Assembly (NCBI GenBank): GCA_965228855.1
Contig: CBDDIJ010000003.1
Span: 2,080,001 to 2,144,000, forward strand
Direction of reading: 5' to 3'
Length of the DNA stretch: 64,000 nucleotides
Source of the DNA: Candidatus Obscuribacterales bacterium
GTDB taxonomy: Bacteria > Cyanobacteriota > Vampirovibrionia > Obscuribacterales > Obscuribacteraceae
Translations under genes and position numbers: made by a program
In this document: positions 48,551 to 56,780 of the stretch, in pieces
How the letters are laid out: every line of letters begins with the position of its first letter
Position numbering within the stretch: position 1 is the first letter of the stretch
Notes under the pieces: model-generated
What the model saw: only the letters and a program-made list of their open reading frames with translations
The model's database searches: none
What the model was told of the DNA's origin: nothing

Positions 48551-49203
48551 GAGCCTTTCGGAAAGTAGAGTCTGTAGTACTTTTGCTCGCGATAATGGCC
48601 GAAGCGGTCATCCAGTATTTGATGCTCCAGTCGACCCATTGAATTGCTATAGGCAGTGAATCGGTGATTCCGTTGGTCATATTCGCCAACAAAGCCAACG
48701 TGCCGATCGTTGTTACCTGGTTTTCCACTCGTATCGCCGCCCATGCCGACCACTGCGTCACCAGGCTTGATCTCGCTTCTCGGAATTTCCCGGGCTAAGC
48801 CCTGACTTTTCATCACGTCCACCCAGCGGGGAACCAGCACCTGTGTCAATTCTCGATAGTTTGGACTATCGTCAGAGTTGATGAAACGGCCGATGCGCAA
48901 CGCATCGCGATAAACATTTGAAGCTGTCGATGCGCACTGTACCCGAGGTTTCGGATATCGCATCTCCTTCGGAACCCAATCAGGCGTCTCGCCCATCTTA
49001 TTATCCTTCTCACTTTGAAGGACATCCAAAATCTGTCGATTGGCTTCACCACCGGGCTGCACCGGCGCGCCGCGGCGATCAGTTAATGATTGGGTCCAGG
49101 CATCAAGCCTTGCCGCGTCCATGCCAGAATGCTCGGAGCCCGCAAAAGCTGACTTCTGCTCGAAGTTGACCTTTTTTAGATTGTTATCGAATACTTCTGT
49201 CAT
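48547..49203 (-). CDS. NlpC/P60/CHAP-like (Cys-His) amidase domain protein
   Basis: QCAS catalytic Cys, KPGDAVV, HVGFV, YSNS. Confidence 0.65.
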   Translation of the reverse strand: MTEVFDNNLKKVNFEQKSAFAGSEHSGMDAARLDAWTQSLTDRRGAPVQPGGEANRQILDVLQSEKDNKMGETPDWVPKEMRYPKPRVQCASTASNVYRDALRIGRFINSDDSPNYRELTQVLVPRWVDVMKSQGLAREIPRSEIKPGDAVVGMGGDTSGKPGNNDRHVGFVGEYDQRNHRFTAYSNSMGRLEHQILDDRFGHYREQKYYRLYFPKGS

Positions 49204-49385
49204 GCAGCCTTTATACCCAGAACGCCGCGCCACCAAGCGAAGGCGGTCTTTCAGTACGCCTTCGCCAGGAAAGGTGCAGTCGTTATGAAATCGGCGTTCC
49301 GGTTAGTTGCAGTTTGGTTGCAACTTCTCTGTAGTCTTGCAGAGTGACTGACGAACACCGCCCAAAATCATGAGGCCACGCTACT

Positions 49386-50423
49386 ATGACTGCTGTAGAA
49401 AGAATTGAACATCAAAATAATGCCGCTGGAGATCGTACGGATTCACCAATTGCAAGAGAGGCGATGCTACTCATGGCGGTCTCTGACTCCCGAGGGGGAG
49501 CAACTCAACGGACAGAACCCCGTTCTCTAACACTGACAAATCCTTATGCTGGTATCGCAGACAGTGCCGTCGGCTCATGCGGTCCGACCACCGATTGCGA
49601 GTCGCGAAGGCAATTCAGACCTGACCCCTCCCTGAGCACTCCGCGTGCACGAGAATGGCAACAACAATCACAACAGCAACGCAGACAAAACCTGGAAGTT
49701 GGGCAAGATGGCCGCTACGAGGTAAAACCGGGCGATAGTTTATGGACGATTGGCGAGCGAGCTGCGCGCGGAGACAGGTCTCAAAGACCGTCGGCCCGTG
49801 AAATTCAAGAGTCGATGCGTCGCATCATCGAAGCGAATCCCGACCTGAAATGCAATCCGAATCTACTAAGACGCGGTCAACGACTGGTTATCCCAGACAA
49901 CGTACGTCCAGAAAACGGAACTCCGCAAGCACCGGAACAACCAAACTCCTCGCATGAAAGCAGACCCGCGGCTCGTCCCAAACCAGAAGTCCCTCCGGCA
50001 CAGCCGGCGCCCGAAGCGCGCCCAGCGCAGCCGGCTCCTGAAGCACGCCCCGCACAGCCAGCTCCCGAAGCACGCCCCGCACAGCCAGCTCCTGAAGCGC
50101 GCCCCGCGCAACCCGCACCTGAAGCACGCCCGGCTCAGCCGGCTCCTGAAGCACGTCCGGCACAGCCGGCGCCCGAAGCACGCCCAGCACAGCCGACTCC
50201 TGAAGGACGCCCAGCACAACCGGCTCCTGAAGCACATCCGGCACAGCCAGTGCCCGAAACACGTCCTGACTCGCTACCAGCGAATCCAGAGTGTCCGCCT
50301 CACGAACGTTCGGAAAAGCCGCGTAAGCCCTATGACTTCAATCCGTTCGATGGACGCTTCCAAAACTTGCCGTTTTTCATCCCGAACGCCGATCTTGAGT
50401 TCCTTCGCAAGCAAAGTAAGTAG
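49386..50423 (+). CDS. LysM-domain protein with Pro-rich tandem repeats
   Basis: YEVKPGDSLWTI...IIEANP...NPNLLRRGQRLVIP. Confidence 0.88.
   Translation: MTAVERIEHQNNAAGDRTDSPIAREAMLLMAVSDSRGGATQRTEPRSLTLTNPYAGIADSAVGSCGPTTDCESRRQFRPDPSLSTPRAREWQQQSQQQRRQNLEVGQDGRYEVKPGDSLWTIGERAARGDRSQRPSAREIQESMRRIIEANPDLKCNPNLLRRGQRLVIPDNVRPENGTPQAPEQPNSSHESRPAARPKPEVPPAQPAPEARPAQPAPEARPAQPAPEARPAQPAPEARPAQPAPEARPAQPAPEARPAQPAPEARPAQPTPEGRPAQPAPEAHPAQPVPETRPDSLPANPECPPHERSEKPRKPYDFNPFDGRFQNLPFFIPNADLEFLRKQSK
49995..50264 (+). repeat. 10 x 27-bp coding tandem repeat (PAQPAPEAR)
   Basis: Seven PAQPAPEAR units plus PAQPTPEGR, PAQPAPEAH and PAQPVPETR, with synonymous variation. Confidence 0.95.
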
Positions 50424-50434
50424 AACCGACGCAT

Positions 50435-50467
50435 CGATTCTAGTTCCAAAACGTGGAACTAGAATCG
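50435..50467. terminator. Hairpin between convergent genes (probable terminator)
   Basis: Perfect 14-bp stem CGATTCTAGTTCCA/TGGAACTAGAATCG, 5-nt loop. Confidence 0.7.
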
Positions 50468-50487
50468 CACGGTGATTTTCATTCTAC

Positions 50488-51552
50488 CTATTCTTCCGGC
50501 TGAAACGACTGCGATTCAAGCACAGTATGAATTGCGTAGGTGCGCTTGTCTTGCGACTCGTGATAGGTTCGAATCAACAGCTCTGCCATCAATCCCATGA
50601 GGATGCACTGCACACCGACCATGAACAACATCGTAGTGAGCACCGGCAGTGGTGTGTCGATGAAGTGCGTATCATAGAAGAGTCGAAGAATGACCATCAA
50701 TGCGAAAGCGGCAAAGGAGCCAAGCATCGAAAGTCCGCCGATCGAACCGAAAACGTAAATCGGTTTCGTCAGATAGTTCGACATAAATGTGACGGTGATG
50801 AGGTCGAGAACAACTTTGAATGTTCTCGAGATACCGTACTTAGATTGTCCGAATCTTCTGGGATGGTGAATAACCGGTATCTCAGCCACTTTCGCGCCGA
50901 GCCAGGTCGCGTAGATCGGAACGAATCTGTGCATCTCACCATAAAGTTTGACGTCTTGAATCACTTCACGACGGTACGCCTTCAAACAGCAACCATAGTC
51001 GCTAAGCTTCACGCCTGTCATTTTTGAAATCAGACGATTGGCAATCCATGAAGGGATCAGACGCAAAAACAATTCGTCGTGGCGTTTTTTACGCCAACCG
51101 CTGACGACATCGTAACCCTCATTAAGTTTGTCCAATAGACGCGAGATGTCCTTAGGATCATTTTGAAGGTCGGCGTCGATGTGCAGAATTATTTTGCCTC
51201 GCGCATAATCATGTCCCGCTGACAGGGCGGGCGTCTTGCCGTAGTTACGCGCAAATTTCAAAACTCGTACGTTTGAGTCCTTAACCCAAAGCTGTTTGAT
51301 CAATTCATATGAACGATCGGTAGAACCGTCATCAATAAACAGAAGCTCGTACGTGCAGCCAATTTTGGAGAGCGCGTCGATGGTCTGGTCATAGAGAGGT
51401 TGAATCGTATCCTCTTCATTGCAAACCGGGATGATGATCGACAGGTCGACCTCACCGGGCTTCGCTGGCGTCTGAACGCTCGCCGGGACACCATTGAGAA
51501 TGGTTTCGCCGGATCGATACGAGATTGTTGGGGGGTATTGAATACTAGGCAT
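50488..51552 (-). CDS. GT2 polyprenol-phosphate glycosyltransferase (ArnC/GtrB-like)
   Basis: IDDGSTD, RNYGKT, DADLQNDP, DYGCCLKAYRR, YGEMHRF, two C-terminal TM. Confidence 0.92.
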   Translation of the reverse strand: MPSIQYPPTISYRSGETILNGVPASVQTPAKPGEVDLSIIIPVCNEEDTIQPLYDQTIDALSKIGCTYELLFIDDGSTDRSYELIKQLWVKDSNVRVLKFARNYGKTPALSAGHDYARGKIILHIDADLQNDPKDISRLLDKLNEGYDVVSGWRKKRHDELFLRLIPSWIANRLISKMTGVKLSDYGCCLKAYRREVIQDVKLYGEMHRFVPIYATWLGAKVAEIPVIHHPRRFGQSKYGISRTFKVVLDLITVTFMSNYLTKPIYVFGSIGGLSMLGSFAAFALMVILRLFYDTHFIDTPLPVLTTMLFMVGVQCILMGLMAELLIRTYHESQDKRTYAIHTVLESQSFQPEE

Positions 51553-51730
51553 GGGAGCATTAAAACATGGTGCGCAACTTTGTTACCTTGAAAACTTCTT
51601 ATCACCGCTAAAGCCCGCGCCAGTCTGCCAAAATTCTGTATTCAAGTTGCTACACATGAGGACCCGCTAATGAATGCGTTCCTTATGAAGAAGATACTTG
51701 ATATCGGAAACGGCGTGGAGACTGCTATCT

Positions 51731-53752
51731 GTGTGTGGAATTGCCGGTTATTTGAACCTTAACGGGTCTTCGCTGGACAATCGTCCAGGCTCGAAAGAGG
51801 ACTACCTGCCAGGGATGTGTCATAGCATCCATCACCGCGGTCCTGATGAGCAGGGCATGAAGTATATCGGACCGGCCGCATTAGGTATGACTCGGCTTTC
51901 GATCATCGATTTGTCGACCGGTCAGCAGCCAATCTCCAACGAGGATGAAACCGTTTGGATCGTCTTCAACGGCGAAATCTACAACTTTCACGAACTCAAA
52001 GAGCGTTGCGAGAAACTCGGTCATACTTTCAAAACGCGCTCGGATACGGAAGTGATTGTTCACCTCTATGAGGAATATGGTGTTGACTGTGTTCAATACC
52101 TTGAAGGAATGTTCGCGTTTTCGATCTGGGACATCGCCAAAAAGCGGATGTTTATAGCCCGCGATCGCATGGGTGAAAAACCCCTGCACTGGGCGATCTT
52201 CGACGACATATTCTTCTATGGTTCCGAAATCAAAAGTATTCTCACGCACCCCAGCGCAAAACGGCAGCTGAATCCGGTTGCGATGCAGCAATACTTATCG
52301 CTCGAGTACGTGCCGTCGCCTAGCACTATGTTCGAAGGCATTCATAAACTTCCGCCCGCCAGCTACATGGTGATTGAAAACGGTCAGGTCAACATTCAAC
52401 GCTACTGGTCTCCGAGTGTAGACACAGTAAAAATGTCTGAAACCGAAGCCAGCGAACGCTTGTTGCAACTTCTGGACGATTCGGTAAAAGGGCGTCTAAT
52501 TTCAGACGTGCCGCTCGGCATATTTCTTTCCGGCGGTATCGACTCTTCAGGAGTGACAGCCCTTGCGGCACGACACGTTTCGCACAAACTGAAAACGTTC
52601 TCTATCGGATTCAACGACGCGTCATTCGACGAGTCAGACTATGCGGAACAAGTCGCGAAGCACGTCGGCACGGAGCATCATAAAGAGCAGTTCACGCCTA
52701 ACCTGGCACTCAATATGATGGAAGACCTCTGGAAAGTTCTCGACGAACCAATAGCAGACGCCTCCATACTGCCCACGTATTTCTTGTCGAAGATAACCCG
52801 ACAACGAGTCACAGTCGCACTTTCAGGAGAAGGCGGAGACGAACTGTTCGGCGGTTATCCAACCTATTTCGCCCACAGCTTAGCCGCAATCTGGCGAAGC
52901 ATGCCAGGCGTGTTGAGAAACGGAGTTGTCGCTCCGATGGTCAACGCGCTGCCCGTAAATCTCAACAATCTCAGTTTCGACTATAAGTTGAAACGGTTTA
53001 TATCGTCCGCGGAAGAAGCGCCGATGGTTCGCCACCTTAAGTGGATGGGCTCGATACCGGTAGCTCAGCACAGCGGGCTCATCAAACAGTCGGCGTTTGA
53101 CACCATTGGCGGTGCGCCGTTTAAAACACACGATGACTTAATAGCCTGGCTACGAGAAACCAGATGGTTGATGCAACAGATCACCGAGAGAAGCCACGTG
53201 GTAGATACTGCCATGAGGCTGGACACAAGCTGCTTCCTGGCCGATCAATTGCTCGTCAAGGCGGACCGCGCTTCCATGGCTTGCTCACTCGAAGCCCGTA
53301 TGCCTTTCCTCGCCCATCCAGTCGCGGAATTCGCGCTGTCGCTGCCGCCATCATATAAAGTGCGTGGCACGACGACGAAGTATTTGTTGAAGAAAACTCT
53401 CTCTCCGCTCCTTCCGGAAAACATCATTAAACGTCCAAAGAAGGGCTTCGGCATTCCTGTTGCAAAATGGCTCAAAGGCGACTTCAAGGTTCTCGTTGAT
53501 GAACTTCTGGAGGAAGGCTATGTTCAGCGTCAGGGCATCTTCGAATGGTCGTATCTGAGCAAACTGCTGAGCGATCACTATGAAGGTCGAGCTGACCGCA
53601 GGAAAGAACTCTGGACGCTAATTATGTTCCAGAGATGGTGGCACAAATTCTTCAATTCGCAAACACCGATCGGTGGATGCGAGTTGGATGAGACGCTCCA
53701 TATTCCGGGGCGTGCAGCTCAAATTGCGCAACTCCAAACGTCGGCTCGTTAG
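51731..53752 (+). CDS. asnB: Asparagine synthase (glutamine-hydrolysing) family amidotransferase
   Basis: GTG start giving MCGIAG; HRGPD, RLSIIDL, FNGEIYN, LSGGIDSS, SGEGGDELFGGY, KKGFG. Confidence 0.95.
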   Translation: MCGIAGYLNLNGSSLDNRPGSKEDYLPGMCHSIHHRGPDEQGMKYIGPAALGMTRLSIIDLSTGQQPISNEDETVWIVFNGEIYNFHELKERCEKLGHTFKTRSDTEVIVHLYEEYGVDCVQYLEGMFAFSIWDIAKKRMFIARDRMGEKPLHWAIFDDIFFYGSEIKSILTHPSAKRQLNPVAMQQYLSLEYVPSPSTMFEGIHKLPPASYMVIENGQVNIQRYWSPSVDTVKMSETEASERLLQLLDDSVKGRLISDVPLGIFLSGGIDSSGVTALAARHVSHKLKTFSIGFNDASFDESDYAEQVAKHVGTEHHKEQFTPNLALNMMEDLWKVLDEPIADASILPTYFLSKITRQRVTVALSGEGGDELFGGYPTYFAHSLAAIWRSMPGVLRNGVVAPMVNALPVNLNNLSFDYKLKRFISSAEEAPMVRHLKWMGSIPVAQHSGLIKQSAFDTIGGAPFKTHDDLIAWLRETRWLMQQITERSHVVDTAMRLDTSCFLADQLLVKADRASMACSLEARMPFLAHPVAEFALSLPPSYKVRGTTTKYLLKKTLSPLLPENIIKRPKKGFGIPVAKWLKGDFKVLVDELLEEGYVQRQGIFEWSYLSKLLSDHYEGRADRRKELWTLIMFQRWWHKFFNSQTPIGGCELDETLHIPGRAAQIAQLQTSAR

Positions 53753-53842
53753 GTCGACTGATTGTTCAGCGAAAAGAAGCGACTCATCTCATGAGTGAAG
53801 AAACGGAAACCGCTCCGGAAGTCAAAAATGCCAGGAGGAACG

Positions 53843-55750
53843 ATGTCATCATCAACCATTAATGTCGACCGTTCGACAGCTACGCAGAAAGCGTCGCCGT
53901 CCGGATTACGACACGATGATGCAAAACCGAAGAAGCTGGGCCTGGAACTAGCGGTGGTGGCATTAGTTTTTGCGACTGCCGGCTATATGTTCTACACGGC
54001 ACTGGGTGACGTTCCACTGTTCAACCCGGATGAATGCTTCTACGCCGAGCCAGCCAGGGAGATGCTGGAGACCGGTAACTGGATTACGACCACACTCAAC
54101 TACGATATCCGCTATACAAAGCCACCGCTCCACTATTGGGCAACGGCACTTTCATACTACTTATTCGGCGTCGATGAATTCGCCGCTCGTTTTTACTCCG
54201 CTACGTGTGCGGCAATACTCGTGGCATCGACATACTGCCTGACGAATAAATTCGTTGGTATGCGAGCCGGTCTGATAGCGGCTGCAGTGCTTATGTCTGC
54301 GCCACTATATGTAGTGACCGGTCGACTGGCGATCAACGAGATGTCGCTCTCGCTCTTCACCACTGGCGGACTCTACTGTTTCTACACAGCTTTTCACGAA
54401 AAGCGGATGTCTTATGCCTGGCTGGGCTACGCAATGCTCGCAGGCGGCATGATGACTAAAGGTCCTGTCGGAATTGTCTTACCGGTCCTGATTCTAGGCG
54501 TCTATCACCTGATGCGCCGAAATTTCGTCGAAGCGATCAAGTTTTACAAACCGCACTGGGGAGCGCTTCTTGCAGCAGCAATCTCGTTGCCCTGGTACGT
54601 AATCGAAACCATCGCCACTAACGGCGAGTACTTCACTTGCTTCATCGTCATGGAAAACTTTCAGCGTTTCACTAACGTTGTCAGCGGTCACAAAGCACCA
54701 TGGTGGTATCACATCGCTGCGGTGAGCGGTGGCTTTTTGCCGTGGACGATTTTCCTGCCCCAGGCGATCCTCAATGCGCTGAGACCGGAGAAGGAACCTT
54801 CCCTGTCCACCGCCGCTCCATCGCGATGGGCAATACTGGATTCGTATAAACATCTGAACGCTCGACAGGACCTCGCGCTCTTTGCAGTATGCCTGTTCGT
54901 CACTACGATTGCCTTCTACAGCGCAAGCGTCTCGAAGCTGCTGTCCTACACCGTCTGCTGCTTCCCAGCACTGGCAATTGCGGTAGCACTGCAAATCGAC
55001 AAATCGATCGAACACCCCCGAGCAAAAAGTCTCTTGGTTCCCATCTTAATTCTCGCCACCGCATTCGGTATCGGCATATTCGTGGAACCGATGATCCTCA
55101 AAATTGTGCGTGGCGCTCCAAACAACATCGGGCACGTGGTCGAGAGCTGCATGACGCTTGAGTTTGGCGCATTCACCGCTGCCGCAATTTTGATCGCGAT
55201 GGGTCGCAGGGTCTGGGGCATCGGCTTAGTCTCGGTCGCAACTCTAATTTCGATGTCCTTCTTCGGGCTGCAAATCATTTCGGCGGTAGCGACGAAACAA
55301 GAGCGCGGATTGCCTGCGCTAGCCCGCTTTGCGGCGGCTTCTAACGACCCGATATTCACATATAAAGCGCGTATGCCCTCCGTTCCGTTTTACACGAAAC
55401 GCGAAACTGTTTTTTCTCCGGCGCAGGAAATTCCAATTGCTGGGACAGACAGATACACCGGAGTAGCCGGTCAGTCACAGCCGCCGGAAATCACCATATT
55501 CGGTAAAAAGGTGCTGGCTGGTCAGACCGCTGAGCAATCGGAAGCGTCACGAACTCTCGCAGCGATGCCGAAATACGAGCGCCTTTCAGGCGAAACGGTT
55601 TTAACCGAAGTAGAGACGCGTCCACGCGCTTACATACTCCTGAAAGACAATGACGCAAAAGATTTCGAAAACCGAGCCGGGTACAAGAAAATCGCGAAAT
55701 TGAATTCATACGCTTTGGTTCAATGGATTAAACCCAGCGACGCGCATTAG
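53843..55750 (+). CDS. ArnT/GT39-family (GT-C) glycosyltransferase
   Basis: PDECFYAEPAREM, KPPL.YW, AAR, TKGPVG, GHKAPWWY, FLPW, SKLLSY; AGGAGG SD. Confidence 0.92.
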   Translation: MSSSTINVDRSTATQKASPSGLRHDDAKPKKLGLELAVVALVFATAGYMFYTALGDVPLFNPDECFYAEPAREMLETGNWITTTLNYDIRYTKPPLHYWATALSYYLFGVDEFAARFYSATCAAILVASTYCLTNKFVGMRAGLIAAAVLMSAPLYVVTGRLAINEMSLSLFTTGGLYCFYTAFHEKRMSYAWLGYAMLAGGMMTKGPVGIVLPVLILGVYHLMRRNFVEAIKFYKPHWGALLAAAISLPWYVIETIATNGEYFTCFIVMENFQRFTNVVSGHKAPWWYHIAAVSGGFLPWTIFLPQAILNALRPEKEPSLSTAAPSRWAILDSYKHLNARQDLALFAVCLFVTTIAFYSASVSKLLSYTVCCFPALAIAVALQIDKSIEHPRAKSLLVPILILATAFGIGIFVEPMILKIVRGAPNNIGHVVESCMTLEFGAFTAAAILIAMGRRVWGIGLVSVATLISMSFFGLQIISAVATKQERGLPALARFAAASNDPIFTYKARMPSVPFYTKRETVFSPAQEIPIAGTDRYTGVAGQSQPPEITIFGKKVLAGQTAEQSEASRTLAAMPKYERLSGETVLTEVETRPRAYILLKDNDAKDFENRAGYKKIAKLNSYALVQWIKPSDAH

Positions 55751-55756
55751 TCGTAA

Positions 55757-56254
55757 TCACTCCGTCAGGAGTTTGAAAACGTTAGGAGTAATCAACCACT
55801 TCATAGTGCCTGGCATGGTCGCCGGTAAATCCGACGTTTCCACGCAGCAGACGCCGGCTTTGGCAAATGGAAGTGTAAATTCGAATCCACCGCCGACGAT
55901 GTCCTTGACGATCTCGCCGACATCGGGTTCGTGTCCGACAAGAAAAATATCATGCGCTTTTTCAAACTTCTTCAAAAATTTATAGACACTTGCGATGGTG
56001 ATGCCGGGGGCGAGTGTATCGGAAGTAGCGAATTCGCCACCGAGTTCCGCGTGGATGATTTTCGCAGTTTGTTGCGTGCGAACGAGCGGGCTGGCGACGA
56101 TCAGATCTGGTTTGATCGCCATCTTTCTAAGCGCCCTGGCCACCATTTCGGTCTCAGCCACCCCCTCGTCAGTCAACGGACGTTCAGAATCGCGGGATAT
56201 TCCCCTGACAAGTCCCTCAACTGCGATACCGTGCCTGACGACGTATATTTTCAT
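55757..56254 (-). CDS. sixA: Phosphohistidine phosphatase SixA
   Basis: MKIYVVRHG, RPLT..G, SPLVRTQQTA, VGHEP. Confidence 0.92.
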   Translation of the reverse strand: MKIYVVRHGIAVEGLVRGISRDSERPLTDEGVAETEMVARALRKMAIKPDLIVASPLVRTQQTAKIIHAELGGEFATSDTLAPGITIASVYKFLKKFEKAHDIFLVGHEPDVGEIVKDIVGGGFEFTLPFAKAGVCCVETSDLPATMPGTMKWLITPNVFKLLTE

Positions 56255-56323
56255 GCGAACTCCGGGAAAAGGACGCCTTTTATATAGCTGTTTTGATTGT
56301 TCCACCTGATGTAATATTGAACC

Positions 56324-56761
56324 ATGAGTGACAAACCTAGACTAATTGGACTTGACATTGGAGACCGGCGCATCGGAATCGCCATCGCTGACCCACTGGG
56401 TATTACGGCGGCGGGGCTCGAAACTATTGAGCGTCAAAATTCGAAAATCGATGTTGAGAAAGTTAAGGAACTTGCAGAACGGCATGGTGCCACGCAAATC
56501 GTCGTAGGCTTGCCTCTCAACATGGATGGAAGTTCGGGTGAGCAAGCTGACAAGGTACGGTCTTTTGCAAGTAAACTTGCCCGCGCCACTGGTTTGCCGA
56601 TTGTTTATGAAGACGAGCGGTTATCGACGGTTTCAGCCATTCGAACTCTTACTGTACAGGGCGTTGACACCGGCAAGAACCGAGATATCGTCGACCGTCA
56701 GGCTGCTGCAATTATTCTGCAAAAATTTCTCGACCGAAGGTCTCCGCCGCCCTCGGCCTGA
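56324..56761 (+). CDS. ruvX: Holliday junction resolvase-like / pre-16S rRNA nuclease YqgF
   Basis: GLDIGDRRIGIA, VVGLPLNMDG, DERLST, D..AA.IILQ. Confidence 0.95.
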   Translation: MSDKPRLIGLDIGDRRIGIAIADPLGITAAGLETIERQNSKIDVEKVKELAERHGATQIVVGLPLNMDGSSGEQADKVRSFASKLARATGLPIVYEDERLSTVSAIRTLTVQGVDTGKNRDIVDRQAAAIILQKFLDRRSPPPSA

Positions 56762-56780
56762 ACAGTCGATTTAAACTGAA

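Noticed and set aside
49866..50475. Repetitive ORFs in other frames over the LysM gene
   Set aside because: Alternative-frame readings of the stop-free 27-bp repeat.
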